Shown piece after piece: positions 10,295 to 21,958 of a stretch of 64,000 nt of DNA. The position numbers and the translations under genes were made by a program. Within the stretch, counting starts at the first letter, position 1. Each line of letters opens with the position of its first letter. The notes under the pieces are model-generated. The model was not told where the DNA came from and ran no database searches. It saw only the letters and a list, made by a program, of their open reading frames with translations. Origin of the DNA: Pseudonocardiaceae bacterium. GTDB lineage: Bacteria > Actinomycetota > Actinomycetes > Mycobacteriales > Pseudonocardiaceae. Where the stretch lies: positions 126,418-190,417 of the forward strand of contig JBOHGD010000001.1 in NCBI GenBank assembly GCA_050699955.1, written 5' to 3'.

Positions 10295-11395
10295 ATGTCC
10301 CACCTCACCCGCCGTGCGGCGCTCCGTGTCCAGCTGCATGAGCTGGGACTCGAGGCGCTGCTGGTCACCAGCCTGGTCAACCTTCGTTACCTCACCGGGT
10401 TCACGGGTTCGAACGGGGCCCTGCTCATCCACGCCGAGGGCGAAGCGCAGACCGTGTTCTGCACCGACGGCCGCTACCGCACCCAGTCCGAGCGGCAGGT
10501 GCCGGAGCTGCGGCGGGTGCTCGGACGGGGCGCCGACCTGCGACTGGTGATGGAGGCCGTCGAAGCGGGGATCGGCAGGCTGGGTTTCGAGAGCCACGTG
10601 ATGACGATCGACGGGCTCGGCGCACTCGCGGAGGTCATCGACGCGGACCGGCTGGTCCCCATCTCCCGGTCGGTGGAACGGCTGCGGCTGGTCAAGGACG
10701 AGTCTGAGATCGCGGCGTTACGGACAGCCTGCGCGGCTGCCGACACCGCCCTGGCCGGCCTGCTCACCGACGGCGGGTTGCGGCCCGGCCGCACCGAGCT
10801 GGAGGTGGCCCGCGATCTGGAGGCTCGGATGGTCGCGGCAGGGGCGGCAGGGCCGTCGTTCGAGACGATCGTGGCAGCCGGGCCCAACTCGGCGATTCCG
10901 CATCACCGGCCCACCGGGACGCAGCTGCGTCCCGGTGACCTGGTGAAGATGGACTTCGGGGCACTGGTCGACGGCTACCACTCGGACATGACCCGCACCG
11001 TGGTGCTCGGGGAGCCCGCCGAGTGGCAGCGCGAGCTCTACGACCTGGTGGCTGCGGCCCAGGCCGCCGGTCGCGCCGCGCTGCGGGTGGGGGCCGACGT
11101 CCGCGATGTGGACTCGGCGGCCCGGGATCTCATCGTGCGGGCCGGGTACGGCGAGAACTTCGTGCACGGCCTGGGGCATGGGGTCGGCCTGCAGATCCAC
11201 GAGGCTCCGGCGTTGTCGCAGCTAGGGGTAGGTACACTCACGTCGGGCATGGTGGTCACGGTCGAGCCGGGCGTGTACCTGGCGGGCCGGGGCGGCGTGC
11301 GAATCGAGGACACCCTCGCCGTCTGCGACGGCGAGCCTGACATCCTCACCCTGACCACGAGGGACCTCGTGGTCGCTGAGGACCACACCTTCTAA
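10295..11395 (+). CDS. pepQ: M24-family Xaa-Pro aminopeptidase/dipeptidase
   Basis: M24 metal-ligand motifs [29 protein letters not shown] and VEPGVY...RIED. Occupies the conserved position between aroQ and efp. Confidence 0.9.
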   Translation: MSHLTRRAALRVQLHELGLEALLVTSLVNLRYLTGFTGSNGALLIHAEGEAQTVFCTDGRYRTQSERQVPELRRVLGRGADLRLVMEAVEAGIGRLGFESHVMTIDGLGALAEVIDADRLVPISRSVERLRLVKDESEIAALRTACAAADTALAGLLTDGGLRPGRTELEVARDLEARMVAAGAAGPSFETIVAAGPNSAIPHHRPTGTQLRPGDLVKMDFGALVDGYHSDMTRTVVLGEPAEWQRELYDLVAAAQAAGRAALRVGADVRDVDSAARDLIVRAGYGENFVHGLGHGVGLQIHEAPALSQLGVGTLTSGMVVTVEPGVYLAGRGGVRIEDTLAVCDGEPDILTLTTRDLVVAEDHTF

Positions 11396-11415
11396 CAGCG
11401 GGAGCGCAGGCTGAC

Positions 11416-11979
11416 GTGGCCACCACCAACGACCTGAAGAACGGGCTCGTACTCAACCTCGACGGCCAACTGTGGTCGATCGTGAACTTTCAGCACGTCA
11501 AGCCGGGCAAGGGCGGTGCCTTTGTGCGGACCACCCTGAAGAATGTGCTGTCCGGCAAGGTCGTGGACAAGACGTTCAACGCAGGCACCAAGGTCGACAC
11601 CGCCACGGTGGACCGCCGTGACATGACCTACCTGTACGCCGACGGCGCCGACTTCGTCTTCATGGATACCGATACCTACGACCAGATCACCGTACCTGGT
11701 GAGACCGTGGGCAATGCGGCGAAGTACCTGCTGGACAACCTGGGCGTGCTGGTCGCCGTGCATGAGGGGACTCCACTCTACGTCGAACTGCCTACGTCCG
11801 TGGAGCTGATCATCTCGCACACCGATCCGGGACTGCAAGGCGACCGGTCGACCGGCGGCACCAAACCCGCCACGCTGGAAACGGGTGCGGAGATCCAGGT
11901 GCCGCTGTTCGTCAGCACCGGCGAGAAGGTGAAGGTCGACACCCGGGACGGGCGTTACCTCGGCCGCGTCAGCTCCTGA
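11416..11979 (+). CDS. efp: Elongation factor P
   Basis: [41 protein letters not shown]. Confidence 0.97.
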   Translation: MATTNDLKNGLVLNLDGQLWSIVNFQHVKPGKGGAFVRTTLKNVLSGKVVDKTFNAGTKVDTATVDRRDMTYLYADGADFVFMDTDTYDQITVPGETVGNAAKYLLDNLGVLVAVHEGTPLYVELPTSVELIISHTDPGLQGDRSTGGTKPATLETGAEIQVPLFVSTGEKVKVDTRDGRYLGRVSS

Positions 11980-11980
11980 G

Positions 11981-12388
11981 ATGGGCGCTCGGAGCAAGGC
12001 CCGCAAGCGCGCTGTCGATATTCTCTTCGAATCCGACCTGCGGGGGGTCGACCCGCTCGAACTGCTCGCCGAGCGGGTCGAGTCGACCGACGTACCCCCG
12101 ATCAGCGACTACACGGTTGCTTTGGTGCAGGGTGTGATGTCCCACCGGGAGGACATCGATCGCCTGCTCACCGAGCAAGCCCGGGATTGGACGCTTGCGC
12201 GGATGCCCGCGGTGGACCGCGCAGTGCTTCGGCTGGGCACCTACGAGGTGCTGTTCTCCGACGAGGTGGATGACGCAGTAGCCATCGACGAGGCAATCGA
12301 ACTGGCCAGAGCCCTGTCGACCGATGAGTCGCCACGGTTCATCAATGGGGTTCTCGGGGCTATCGCGTCGCTGACACACGGCCCATAA
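11981..12388 (+). CDS. nusB: Transcription antitermination factor NusB
   Basis: ARKRAVDILFE...DRAVLRLGTYE...PRFINGVLG. Confidence 0.95.
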   Translation: MGARSKARKRAVDILFESDLRGVDPLELLAERVESTDVPPISDYTVALVQGVMSHREDIDRLLTEQARDWTLARMPAVDRAVLRLGTYEVLFSDEVDDAVAIDEAIELARALSTDESPRFINGVLGAIASLTHGP

Positions 12389-12451
12389 GCGCTGAAGTGG
12401 TCCCCCCGTGCCCCCCGCCGATCGCCACTCACGAACGGTCGGCTGCTGCCC

Positions 12452-12940
12452 CTACTCCTCCTTCGCGGGGCGAGCTTCCGGAGGCAGAACTCCCCAGCCG
12501 ATCAGTTGCTCGGTGAGCTCGCCCGGTGACATGTCGTAGATGATCGCCAGGGAACGCAGGTCCTCGGTGCGGATAGACAGCACCTTGCCGTTGTAGTCCC
12601 CGCGCTGACTCTGAATCGTTGCGGCGTAACGCGCCAGCGGACCGATCTTGTCCACCGGCAACTGCTGCAGACGTTCCAGGTTGATCACGATCTTGGTAGC
12701 TGGCTCGCCACCGGAGGGCACCCTGCCCTCAGGAAGCAGTTCGGCAACCGGGACACCGTAGAAGTCGGCCAGTTCGGCCAGCTTCTGCACTGTGACCGCC
12801 CGGTCACCCCGTTCGTAGGAGCCGACCACCACTGCCTTCCAGCGGCCCCCTGACTTCTGTTCGACACCGTGCAGGGACAGACCCTGCTGTTGACGGATGC
12901 CGCGCAGCTTGGACCCTAGAGCCTTGGCGTAGTCGCCCAT
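12452..12940 (-). CDS. bldD: Developmental master regulator BldD (XRE-type HTH plus c-di-GMP-binding C-terminal domain)
   Basis: MGDYAKALGSKLRGIRQQQGLSLHGVEQKSGGRWKAVVVGSYERGDRAVTVQKLAELADFYGVPV. Sits between nusB and pyrR, as in Streptomyces. Confidence 0.9.
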   Translation of the reverse strand: MGDYAKALGSKLRGIRQQQGLSLHGVEQKSGGRWKAVVVGSYERGDRAVTVQKLAELADFYGVPVAELLPEGRVPSGGEPATKIVINLERLQQLPVDKIGPLARYAATIQSQRGDYNGKVLSIRTEDLRSLAIIYDMSPGELTEQLIGWGVLPPEARPAKEE

Positions 12941-13179
12941 CTAGCGCTTCTCCTTCATCAGAACCCCGACCAGTCAGCGGCTCTGGAGCGCCGCCGGAGG
13001 ATCGGAATGATACGGAGAGTAATGCTGCGCTGAGTAACCTCCCAGGTCAAGCAGTTGCAGCCCGAACGCGTCGGCGAGTCGCGCACACCACCCGTACGGG
13101 GCAGCGGAGGCGGCAGCATCCACGCGCTGCTGTCCTGCTACCGTCCCGATCAGGTTCGGGCGCCCGCCCGGCGCCTGAC

Positions 13180-13216
13180 GTCCTTTAAGACCCGTCCGGC
13201 GAGGCGGGGAAGGAGG
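13180..13216 (+). promoter_or_regulatory. PyrR-binding RNA hairpin overlapping the pyrR ribosome-binding site
   Basis: GUCCUUUAAGACCCGUCCGGCGAGGCGGGGAAGGAGG contains the conserved UUUAA bulge. The terminal loop UCCGGCGAGGC resembles the UCCAGAGAGGC PyrR consensus. The stem is CCCG/CGGG (13191-13194 / 13205-13208). The GAAGGAGG SD and GTG 13223 follow directly. Confidence 0.6.
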
Positions 13217-13222
13217 TCGACC

Positions 13223-13804
13223 GTGTCGTCCCGCTCCGGGACGGGTGCGGCGGGCGAGGCCGGTCCCCCGCAGCAGCATGAGTTGCTGTCGGCGGCCGAT
13301 GTCGCGCGCACCGTGGCCCGTATGGCGCACCAGATCATCGAACGCACTGCCCCCGAGCCGGTGGTGCTGCTCGGCATTCCCACCCGCGGCGTCCCGTTGG
13401 CCCGCCGGCTGGTCGAGCGGATCCGGGAGTTCGGTGGGCCTCCGGCCGGGCTGGGCACGCTCGACGTCACGCTCTACCGGGACGACCTGCGGCGCAGACC
13501 GACCCGCCCCCTGGCCGGCACGGAGCTGCCCGAGCGGGGGCTGGACGACGCCTTGGTCATCCTGGTCGATGACGTGCTGTACTCCGGGCGCACCGTGCGG
13601 GCGGCGCTGGACGCGCTACGAGAGTACGGCCGCCCCCGCTCGGTGCAGCTCGCGGTGCTGGTTGATCGCGGACACCGAGAGCTGCCGATCCGGGCGGATT
13701 ACGTGGGCAAGAACCTGCCGACCTCGCGGGACGAGGAGGTCGGCGTGCTGTTCGCCGAGACCGACGGCACGGACGCCGTGGTGATCCGCCGGGTGTCCCG
13801 GTGA
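13223..13804 (+). CDS. pyrR: Bifunctional pyrimidine operon regulator / uracil phosphoribosyltransferase PyrR
   Basis: [20 protein letters not shown]...[19 protein letters not shown]...[20 protein letters not shown]. Confidence 0.92.
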   Translation: MSSRSGTGAAGEAGPPQQHELLSAADVARTVARMAHQIIERTAPEPVVLLGIPTRGVPLARRLVERIREFGGPPAGLGTLDVTLYRDDLRRRPTRPLAGTELPERGLDDALVILVDDVLYSGRTVRAALDALREYGRPRSVQLAVLVDRGHRELPIRADYVGKNLPTSRDEEVGVLFAETDGTDAVVIRRVSR

Positions 13805-14742
13805 GGCACCTGCTGACCGCCGCGGGGCTCGACCGGGAGACCGCCACCGGCTTGCTGGACACCGCCGACCGGCTCAAGCAGGCGTTGCTGGGCCGTGAGG
13901 TGCGCAAGCTGCCGACGCTACGCGGGCGCACCGTGGTCACCCTGTTCTACGAGAACTCCACCCGCACCCGGGCCTCATTCGAGATCGCGGGCAAGTGGAT
14001 GAGCGCCGATGTGGTCAACGTCGCGGCCGGCGGTTCCTCTGTGGCCAAGGGGGAGTCGTTGCGGGACACCGCGCTCACCCTGACCGCGATGGGCGCGGAC
14101 TGCGTGGTGATCCGGCACCCGGCCTCGGGCGCGGCGCATCGGATCGCCGGCTGGGTGCCTGCGCACGTGGTCAACGCCGGAGACGGCACCCATGAGCACC
14201 CGACCCAGGCGCTGCTGGACGCGGCCACGCTGCGCGATCGACTGGGCCCCCTGGATGGGCGGTCCGTCACCATCGTGGGCGATGTGTTGCACAGCAGGGT
14301 CGCGCGCTCCAACGTGCACCTGTTGACCACGCTGGGTGCACGAGTGCACCTCGTTGCCCCACCCACTCTGCTGCCGGTCGGCGTAACGGAGTGGGGAGCG
14401 GGCGAGCGCTGGCCGGTCACGGTTGGGTACGACCTGGAGGCCGCCCTTCCCGACACCGACGCGGTGATGGTGCTGCGGGTGCAGGCTGAGCGGATGCACG
14501 GCCGGTTCTTCCCTTCGGCGCGGGAATACTCCATCGGTTACGGGCTTTCCGAGGCGAGGCTGCGGTTGCTGCCCGAGCACGCCGTCGTGTTGCATCCGGG
14601 GCCGATGCTGCGTGGCATGGAGATCGCGCACGCGGTCGCCGACTCCCCCCGCGCCGCGATCACCGAGCAGGTCCGCAACGGAGTGCACGTGCGGATGGCT
14701 GTGCTCTACCACCTGCTCGCTGCCCAGGAGGAGGAGTCGTGA
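13801..14742 (+). CDS. pyrB: Aspartate carbamoyltransferase catalytic subunit
   Basis: [23 protein letters not shown]...[10 protein letters not shown]. Confidence 0.96.
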   Translation: MRHLLTAAGLDRETATGLLDTADRLKQALLGREVRKLPTLRGRTVVTLFYENSTRTRASFEIAGKWMSADVVNVAAGGSSVAKGESLRDTALTLTAMGADCVVIRHPASGAAHRIAGWVPAHVVNAGDGTHEHPTQALLDAATLRDRLGPLDGRSVTIVGDVLHSRVARSNVHLLTTLGARVHLVAPPTLLPVGVTEWGAGERWPVTVGYDLEAALPDTDAVMVLRVQAERMHGRFFPSAREYSIGYGLSEARLRLLPEHAVVLHPGPMLRGMEIAHAVADSPRAAITEQVRNGVHVRMAVLYHLLAAQEEES

Positions 14743-16052
14743 CCGGTGAGCGCGCCATGACCCGGCCGCTGCTGCTGCGGGGGATTCGGCCCTACGGCGC
14801 GGGCGACCCGGTGGACCTGCTGGTCCGTGACGGGGTGATCGCCGAGCTGGATACCGGACTGGACACCACCGGTGCCACGGTGCTCGACATGGGCGGGCTG
14901 ATCGCGTTGCCCGGTCTCGTCGATCTGCACAGCCACCTGCGTGAGCCCGGTCGGGAGGACGCGGAGACGATCGCCACCGGCTCGGCGGCCGCGGCGCTGG
15001 GCGGTTACACCGCCGTGTTCGCGATGGCGAACACCGACCCGGTGGCCGACACCGCCGTACTCGTCGAACACGTGTACCGGCGTGGCCGCGAGGTCGGCTT
15101 GGTCGACGTTCATCCGGTCGGCGCGGTCACCGTGGGGCTGCGCGGCGAGCGGCTCGCCGAGCTGGGCGGCATGGCCAGATCCACAGCCGCGGTACGGGTG
15201 TTCTCCGACGACGGGGTGTGTGTGCACGACCCACTGTTGATGCGCCGGGCGCTGGAGTACATCCGCGGTCTGGACGGCGTGGTCGCTCAGCACGCCGAGG
15301 ATCCCCGGCTCACCGCAGGCGCCCAGGCTCATGAGGGGCAGGTCGCTGCTCGGCTGGGACTGGCAGGCTGGCCCGCCGCCGCCGAGGAGTCGATCGTCGC
15401 GCGGGACTGCTTGCTGGCTCGGGACGCGGGTGCCCGGTTGCACGTCTGTCACGTCTCCACCGCAGGCACGGTTCAGGTGCTGCAATGGGCCAAGGATCGG
15501 GGCGTTCACGTGTCGGCCGAGGTCACCCCGCACCACCTGCTGCTCACCGATGAACGGCTGGCCGGCTACGACCCGGTCAACAAGGTCAACCCGCCGCTGC
15601 GCACCGAGGCCGACGCCGAGGCGCTGCGCGCCGCGCTGGCCGCGGGGATCGTGGACTGCGTCGCCACCGACCATGCCCCGCACGCTCCGCAGGACAAGGA
15701 CTGTGAATGGTCTGCCGCCCGGCCGGGCATGCTGGGGTTGCAGACCGCGTTGTCCGTGGTGGTAGCCACCATGGTGCGGTCCGGCCTGCTGGACTGGCGA
15801 GGGGTGGCCGAGGTGATGAGCGAGCGACCTGCCCGGATCGGTGGAGCCGGCGACCAGGGCCGCCCGATCGCGGCCGGAGAGCCGGCCAGCCTGGTGCTGA
15901 TCGATCCGGACGCCACCTGGACGGTGCGGGGTGCGCGGTTGGCCAGTCTGGCCGCCAACACCCCCTACGAGGGAATGGAGCTGCCCGCCCAGGTGGTGGC
16001 CACCCTGCTGCGCGGCGAGGTCACGGTCAGGGACGGACAGGTGCAGCGTTGA
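14739..16052 (+). CDS. pyrC: Dihydroorotase
   Basis: [14 protein letters not shown]...ATDHAPH. The start could also be ATG 14757. Confidence 0.93.
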   Translation: MTGERAMTRPLLLRGIRPYGAGDPVDLLVRDGVIAELDTGLDTTGATVLDMGGLIALPGLVDLHSHLREPGREDAETIATGSAAAALGGYTAVFAMANTDPVADTAVLVEHVYRRGREVGLVDVHPVGAVTVGLRGERLAELGGMARSTAAVRVFSDDGVCVHDPLLMRRALEYIRGLDGVVAQHAEDPRLTAGAQAHEGQVAARLGLAGWPAAAEESIVARDCLLARDAGARLHVCHVSTAGTVQVLQWAKDRGVHVSAEVTPHHLLLTDERLAGYDPVNKVNPPLRTEADAEALRAALAAGIVDCVATDHAPHAPQDKDCEWSAARPGMLGLQTALSVVVATMVRSGLLDWRGVAEVMSERPARIGGAGDQGRPIAAGEPASLVLIDPDATWTVRGARLASLAANTPYEGMELPAQVVATLLRGEVTVRDGQVQR

Positions 16053-17269
16053 CGACAATTGCGAGCACGCACGCGACAGCCGGGCGCGCCGCACTGGTGC
16101 TGGAAGACGGCACCCTGCTGCGCGGCGAGAGCTACGGCGCGGTGGGTCAGACGCTGGGTGAGGCCGTGTTCGCCACCGGGATGACCGGCTACCAGGAAAC
16201 CCTCACCGACCCGTCCTATCGCCGCCAGATCGTGGTGCAGACCGCGCCGCACATCGGCAACACCGGCTGGAACGACGAGGACAACGAGTCGGACCGGATC
16301 TGGGTGGCCGGCTACGTCGTGCGCGACCCGGCGCGCAGTCCCTCCAACTGGCGCTCGCTTCGCTCCTTGCAGGAGGAGCTCTCCCGCCAGGGCGTGGTGG
16401 GCATCTCCGGGGTGGACACTCGTGCCCTGACCCGCCGGCTGCGCGAGCACGGCTCCATGCGGGCCGGGATCTTCTCCGGCGCCGCGCTCACCGGGTCCCC
16501 CGAACTGCTGGCTCGGGTGTTGGCCAGCCCCTCGATGACCGGGGCGGACCTGGTTGGGGAGGTCACCGTTGCCGGACCCTATGTCGTGCCCGCAGCGGCC
16601 GAACGCCGGTTCCGGGTGGCGGCGCTGGATCTGGGGATCAAGTCGAACACCCCGAGGATGCTGGCCGCGCGGGGCGTCGAGACGCACGTCCTTCCGGCCA
16701 CCGCCACCCTGGAGCAGGTGCTGGCGCTGGAACCCGACGGGGTCTTCCTGTCCAACGGCCCGGGCGACCCGGCCACCGCGGAGCACGCCGTCGCGCTCAC
16801 CCGGGGTGTGCTGCAGCGGCGGCTGCCGCTGTTCGGGATCTGCTTCGGCAACCAGATCCTCGGCCGTGCCCTGGGGCGGGGGACCTACAAGATGCGCTAC
16901 GGGCACCGCGGGCTCAACATCCCGGTCGTGGAGCACCTCACCGGGCGGGTCGCGATCACCTCGCAGAACCACGGGTTCGCCGTCCAGGGTGAGCCGGGGG
17001 AGCGTTTCGACTCCGACTTCGGCGCAGCGACGGTGAGCCACTCCTGCCCGAACGACGCCACCGTGGAAGGCTTGACCTGCCTGGACACCCCCGCGTTCAG
17101 CGTCCAATATCACCCCGAGGCGGCCGCCGGCCCACACGACGCAGCTAACCTGTTCGACCGATTCTGCGATCTCATGACCTCCCATCGCTATTCGGAGCCG
17201 AATCGCGGTTCTCCGGCCTTGCGGGAGCACTGTTCGGAGTCTAATCGCGATCCGGGAGGTGATCGCTGA
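16049..17269 (+). CDS. carA: Carbamoyl-phosphate synthase small (glutaminase) subunit
   Basis: [19 protein letters not shown]...[16 protein letters not shown]...QNHGFAV. The putative TTG start overlaps the pyrC stop, so the exact start is uncertain. Confidence 0.9.
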   Translation: MTTIASTHATAGRAALVLEDGTLLRGESYGAVGQTLGEAVFATGMTGYQETLTDPSYRRQIVVQTAPHIGNTGWNDEDNESDRIWVAGYVVRDPARSPSNWRSLRSLQEELSRQGVVGISGVDTRALTRRLREHGSMRAGIFSGAALTGSPELLARVLASPSMTGADLVGEVTVAGPYVVPAAAERRFRVAALDLGIKSNTPRMLAARGVETHVLPATATLEQVLALEPDGVFLSNGPGDPATAEHAVALTRGVLQRRLPLFGICFGNQILGRALGRGTYKMRYGHRGLNIPVVEHLTGRVAITSQNHGFAVQGEPGERFDSDFGAATVSHSCPNDATVEGLTCLDTPAFSVQYHPEAAAGPHDAANLFDRFCDLMTSHRYSEPNRGSPALREHCSESNRDPGGDR

Positions 17270-20200
17270 TGCCAAGGCGGGATGACATTTCGCATGTGCT
17301 GGTGATCGGGTCGGGGCCGATCGTGATCGGGCAGGCTTGTGAGTTCGACTATTCGGGCACTCAGGCGTGCCGGGTGCTTCGGGAGGAGGGCCTACGGGTC
17401 AGTTTGGTCAACTCCAACCCAGCGACGATCATGACTGATCCGGAGTTCGCCGATGCGACCTATATCGAGCCGATCACCCCTGAGTTCGTCGAGAAGGTGA
17501 TCGCTGCGGAGCAGGCCGCCGGGTTTCCGGTGACCGCGCTGCTGGCCACGTTGGGCGGGCAGACGGCGCTGAACACCGCTGTCGCGCTGCACGAGCGCGG
17601 AGTGCTGCAGCGCTACGGGGTCGAGTTGATCGGCGCCGACATCGACGCCATCCAGCGCGGCGAGGACCGGCTGAAGTTCAAGGACGTGGTCCGTTCGGTG
17701 GGCGCCGAGGTACCGCGCAGCGCGGTGTGCCGGTCCATGGACCAGGTGCGTGCGGCCGTCGACGACCTCGGCCTGCCGGTGGTGATCCGGCCGTCGTACA
17801 CCATGGGTGGGCTCGGCTCCGGGATGGCCCACACCCATGACGACCTGGCTCGCCTTGCCTCCCTGGGGTTGGCCGAGAGCCCGGTGCACGAGGTGCTCAT
17901 CGAGGAGAGCGTGCTGGGCTGGAAGGAGTACGAACTCGAGCTGATGCGCGACCACCGCGACAACGTGGTGGTGGTGTGCTCGATCGAGAACATCGACCCG
18001 ATGGGCGTGCACACCGGGGACTCGGTCACCGTCGCGCCTGTGATGACCCTGACCGACCGTGAGTACCAGCACATGCGGGACGTCGGGATCGCGGTGCTAC
18101 GGAAGGTCGGGGTGGACACCGGCGGCTGCAACATCCAGTTCGCGGTGCACCCCGAGGACGGCAGACTGGTCGTGATCGAGATGAACCCACGAGTGTCCCG
18201 GTCGAGCGCGCTGGCGTCCAAGGCCACCGGGTTCCCGATCGCCAAGATCGCCGCGAAGCTGGCCATCGGCTACACCCTCGACGAGATCACCAATGACATC
18301 ACCGGCGAGACCCCGGCGAGTTTCGAGCCCACCCTGGACTACGTGGTGGTCAAGGTGCCCCGGTTCGCCTTCGAGAAGTTCCCCGGTGCCGATCCGACGC
18401 TCACCACCACCATGAAGTCGGTCGGTGAGGCGATGGCGCTGGGCCGCTCGTTTCCCGAGGCGCTGGGCAAGGCGCTGCGTTCGATGGAGACCGCCGCAGC
18501 CGGTTTCTGGACCAGGCCCGACCCGCCGGACGGATCCGTGCACTCGGAGCTGGCCGCGCTGCGTATCCCGCACGACGGCCGGCTCTACACCGCCGAGCGA
18601 GCGCTGCGCCTCGGCGCGACGGTCGCCGAGGTGGTGTCCGCTTCGGGAATCGACCCGTGGTTCGTCGACCAGATCGCCGGTCTGGTGGAGCTGCGTGCGG
18701 AGCTGGTGGCCGCCCGGGAACTGGACGAGCCGTTGCTGCGCAGGGCCAAGCGTGCCGGAGTCTCCGACCGGCAGCTGGCCGCTGTGCGGGGCGAGCTGAC
18801 CGAGTCGCAGGTGCGGTCGCTGCGGCATCGACTGGGCGTGCGCCCGGTCTACAAGACGGTGGACACCTGCGCCGCCGAGTTCGCCGCCCGCACGCCCTAC
18901 CATTATTCCGCCTACGAGAGCGACCCGGACGCGGAGAGCGAGGTCAGCGAGCAGCGGGAGCGCCCCAAGGTGATCATTCTGGGGTCGGGGCCGAACCGGA
19001 TCGGGCAGGGCATCGAGTTCGACTACTCCTGCGTGCACGCCGCTATCGCGCTGCGTGCTGCTCCGGACAACGACGGGGCCGGCTACGAGACCGTGATGGT
19101 CAACTGCAACCCCGAGACCGTCTCCACGGACTACGACACGGCCGATCGGCTCTACTTCGAGCCGTTGACCTTCGAGGACGTCATGGAGGTGGTCGACGCG
19201 GAGCGGGCATCGGGGACCGTGGCGGGGGTCATCGTGCAACTCGGCGGTCAGACCCCGCTGGGGCTGGCGCAGCGGCTGGCCGACGCCGGTGTCCCGGTGG
19301 TCGGCACCTCGCCGGAGGCGATCCATCTCGCCGAGGACCGGGGTGCTTTCGGCGCCCTGTTGGAGCGGTCCGGGCTGCCCGCTCCGGCGTACGGCACGGC
19401 GACGTCCTTCGCGGAGGCCAGGAAGATCGCCGACGAGATCGGATACCCCGTGCTGGTCCGCCCTTCCTACGTGCTCGGCGGCCGGGGCATGGAGATCGTC
19501 TACGACGAGGAGACCCTGGCCGGCTACATCACCCGCGCCACCGAGATCACCCCCGAGCACCCGGTGCTGGTGGACCGCTTCCTCGACGACGCCATCGAGA
19601 TCGACGTCGACGCGCTCTGCGACGGCACGCCCGGGCGGAGCGGGATCTATATCGGCGGAATCATGGAGCACATCGAGGAGGCCGGCGTGCACTCCGGGGA
19701 CTCCGCGTGCGCACTACCGCCCATCGCGCTCGGCGAGACGGATCTGGCGATGGTGCGCACCTCCACCGAGGCGATCGCCCGTGGCGTCGGTGTGCGCGGC
19801 CTGCTCAACGTGCAGTACGCGCTCAAGGACGACGTGCTTTATGTACTGGAGGCCAACCCCCGGGCGAGCCGGACGGTGCCCTTCGTGTCCAAGGCGACCG
19901 CGGTTCCACTGGCCAGGGCAGCCGCCCGGATCATGCTCGGTGCCAGCATCGCCGATCTGCGGGCCGAAGGCTTGCTGGCATCCCACGGGGACGGCGGGGA
20001 CCTGCCCGCCCACGCGCCGGTGGCCGTCAAGGAGGCGGTGTTGCCCTTCCACCGGTTCCGCACCCCGGAGGGTAAGGGGGTGGACTCGCTGCTCGGCCCG
20101 GAGATGAAGTCCACCGGCGAGGTGATGGGCATTGATGTCGCGTTCGGTCCGGCCTTCGCGAAGTCCCAGGCCGCGGCATATGGTTCGCTGCCGACATCCG

Positions 20201-20658
20201 GCCGGGTATTCGTCTCGGTAGCCAATCGGGACAAGCGGGCGCTGGTGTTCCCGGTCAAGCGGCTGGCCGATCTCGGATTCGAGGTGCTGGCCACCCGGGG
20301 GACGGCGAACACCCTGCGCCGCAACGGCATCCCGTGCACCGTTGTCCGCAAACACTTCGAGGGTCCGGACAACATCGTCGACCTGATCGACGCCGGGCAG
20401 GTCGACATGATCATCAACACCCCGTACGGCAACCCCGGCCCCCGGGTGGACGGCTACGAGATCCGTACCGCAGCGGTGTCCCGGGCCATTCCGTGCATCA
20501 CCACCGTGCAGGGTGCGGCCGCAGCGGTGCAGGGCATCGAAGCCCTGATCCGCGGTGACATCGCGGTCCGTCCCCTGCAAGCACTGCACGCCGCACTGCG
20601 GGCCTGCCCGCCATCCACCCCACCGCCCCGCATTCAGCGGGCTGAGCGGGGTCGTCCG
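17269..20658 (+). CDS. carB: Carbamoyl-phosphate synthase large subunit, with no stop codon before pyrF
   Basis: [32 protein letters not shown]... Both ATP-grasp halves and the MGS-like domain are present. CarB-like sequence ends near ...[17 protein letters not shown] (about 20590). The ORF then continues in frame to 21555, giving 1428 aa in total. Confidence 0.9.
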
Positions 20659-20688
20659 ATGCCGGTGCACCCCGCTCAGCCGGCTGAA
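20633..20688. repeat. 20-bp inverted repeat (19/20 complementary) with a 16-nt loop at the carB/pyrF junction
   Basis: The arms are TTCAGCGGGCTGAGCGGGGT (20633-20652) and ACCCCGCTCAGCCGGCTGAA (20669-20688). The loop cgtccgATGccggtgc carries ATG 20659. Confidence 0.9.
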
Positions 20689-21555
20689 CGCGAGGGCTTC
20701 GGCGCGCGACTGGTCGCCGCCGTAGCCGGCCGTGGCCCGTTGTGCGCGGGCATCGACCCACATCCCGGGTTGCTGCACAGCTGGGGGCTGGCCGATGACG
20801 CAGCGGGTCTCGAGCGCTTCGCGCTGACCGCGGTCGAGGCGCTGGCACCGGAGGTGGCGGTGATCAAGCCCCAGTCGGCGTTCTTCGAGCGTCACGGAGC
20901 CCGCGGGATTGCGGTGCTGGAGCGGGTAGTGGCCGGCGTCCGGGAGGCCGGTGCCCTGGTGCTGCTCGACGTCAAGCGTGCTGACATCGGCTCCACCATG
21001 GCCGGTTACGCCGCGGCCTATCTCAGCGACGGAGCGCCGCTCGCCGCCGATGCCATCACTGTGTCGCCCTATCTGGGGGTCGGCGCGCTGGAACCGGCTT
21101 TCGATCTGGCGGCCAGCACCGGGCGCGGGGTGTTCGTGCTGGCCCTGACCTCTAACCCGGAAGGTGCCGACGTGCAGACCGCGATCACCGGGACCGGCGT
21201 CACGGTCGCGCAGTCGGTGGTCGACGCGGTCGCGACCCGCAACGCAGGTCGGCCCCTCATCGGCGATATCGGTGTGGTGGTCGGGGCGGCTACGGCGCCC
21301 GGGGCGCTGCGGCTCGGGGAGCTCAACGGCCCAATACTCACCCCCGGCATCGGTGCACAGGGCGCCACCCTCGCTGACCTGCACCGGGTGTTCGACGGTG
21401 GGGCGCGGTACGTGCTGCCGACGACATCGCGGGACCTGCTGCGGCACGGTCCCGAGCCGGCCGTGCTGCGCGACGCCGCCAGACGGGTGGCCGAGGAGGC
21501 CGCTGGAGCACTACTTCGCCTGTCGTGGCAGGTCGATGGGGGCACCCCGCGTTGA
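20659..21555 (+). CDS. pyrF: Orotidine-5'-phosphate decarboxylase (type 2), either a separate cistron or the C-terminal domain of a CarB-PyrF fusion
   Basis: [32 protein letters not shown]...[18 protein letters not shown]... Same frame as carB with no intervening stop. Confidence 0.85.
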   Translation: MPVHPAQPAEREGFGARLVAAVAGRGPLCAGIDPHPGLLHSWGLADDAAGLERFALTAVEALAPEVAVIKPQSAFFERHGARGIAVLERVVAGVREAGALVLLDVKRADIGSTMAGYAAAYLSDGAPLAADAITVSPYLGVGALEPAFDLAASTGRGVFVLALTSNPEGADVQTAITGTGVTVAQSVVDAVATRNAGRPLIGDIGVVVGAATAPGALRLGELNGPILTPGIGAQGATLADLHRVFDGGARYVLPTTSRDLLRHGPEPAVLRDAARRVAEEAAGALLRLSWQVDGGTPR

Positions 21556-21633
21556 AAGGTGGGCTGTCCGGGGGATACGGTCGCGACACCATCCAGACCA
21601 TCCCTAAGAAAACAGAAATCGACGGAGGAGACC

Positions 21634-21951
21634 GTGGCCCTTCCCGAGCTGACCGAGGAGCAGCGGGCCGCTGCGCTGGAGAAGGCGGCTGCCGCTCGCC
21701 GCGCCCGGGCCGAGCTCAAGGAGCGCCTCAAGCGTGGTGGGACCAATCTCAAGGAGGTCCTCGCCAATTCTGACAGCGATGACATCCTGGGCAAGATGAA
21801 GGTCTCGGCGCTGTTGGAGGCCCTTCCGGGCGTAGGCAAGGTGCGCGCCCAGCAGATCATGGAGCGGCTGGAGATCGCCCCGAGCCGACGGCTGCGCGGG
21901 CTCGGTGACCGTCAGCGCAAGGCGCTGCTGACCGAATTCAGCGGAGAGTGA
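21634..21951 (+). CDS. mihF: Integration host factor, actinobacterial type (mIHF/sIHF)
   Basis: GGAGGAG lies upstream of GTG 21634. ALPELTEEQRAAALEKAAAARRARAELKERLKRGGTNL...VSALLEALPGVGKVRAQQIMERL. Confidence 0.9.
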   Translation: MALPELTEEQRAAALEKAAAARRARAELKERLKRGGTNLKEVLANSDSDDILGKMKVSALLEALPGVGKVRAQQIMERLEIAPSRRLRGLGDRQRKALLTEFSGE

Positions 21952-21958
21952 CCAGGCG

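Noticed and set aside
12941-13179. BldD autoregulatory box (TNAC-N5-GTNA) upstream of bldD
   Set aside because: The only near match is TAAC-CTCCCAG-GTCA (about 13035-13049). It has a 7-nt instead of a 5-nt spacer, which is not good enough to call.
14706-21447. Very long ORFs antisense to pyrC, carA, carB and pyrF (462, 436, 531 and 577 aa). Similar ones lie antisense to metK (24026-25684), pgk/tpiA (59737-61212), uvrC/rapZ and priA.
   Set aside because: Their translations are Arg/Gly/Pro/His-rich with no recognisable motifs. They mirror sense ORFs of unmistakable identity. Open antisense frames are the normal artefact of ~70% G+C DNA with G/C-ending codons.
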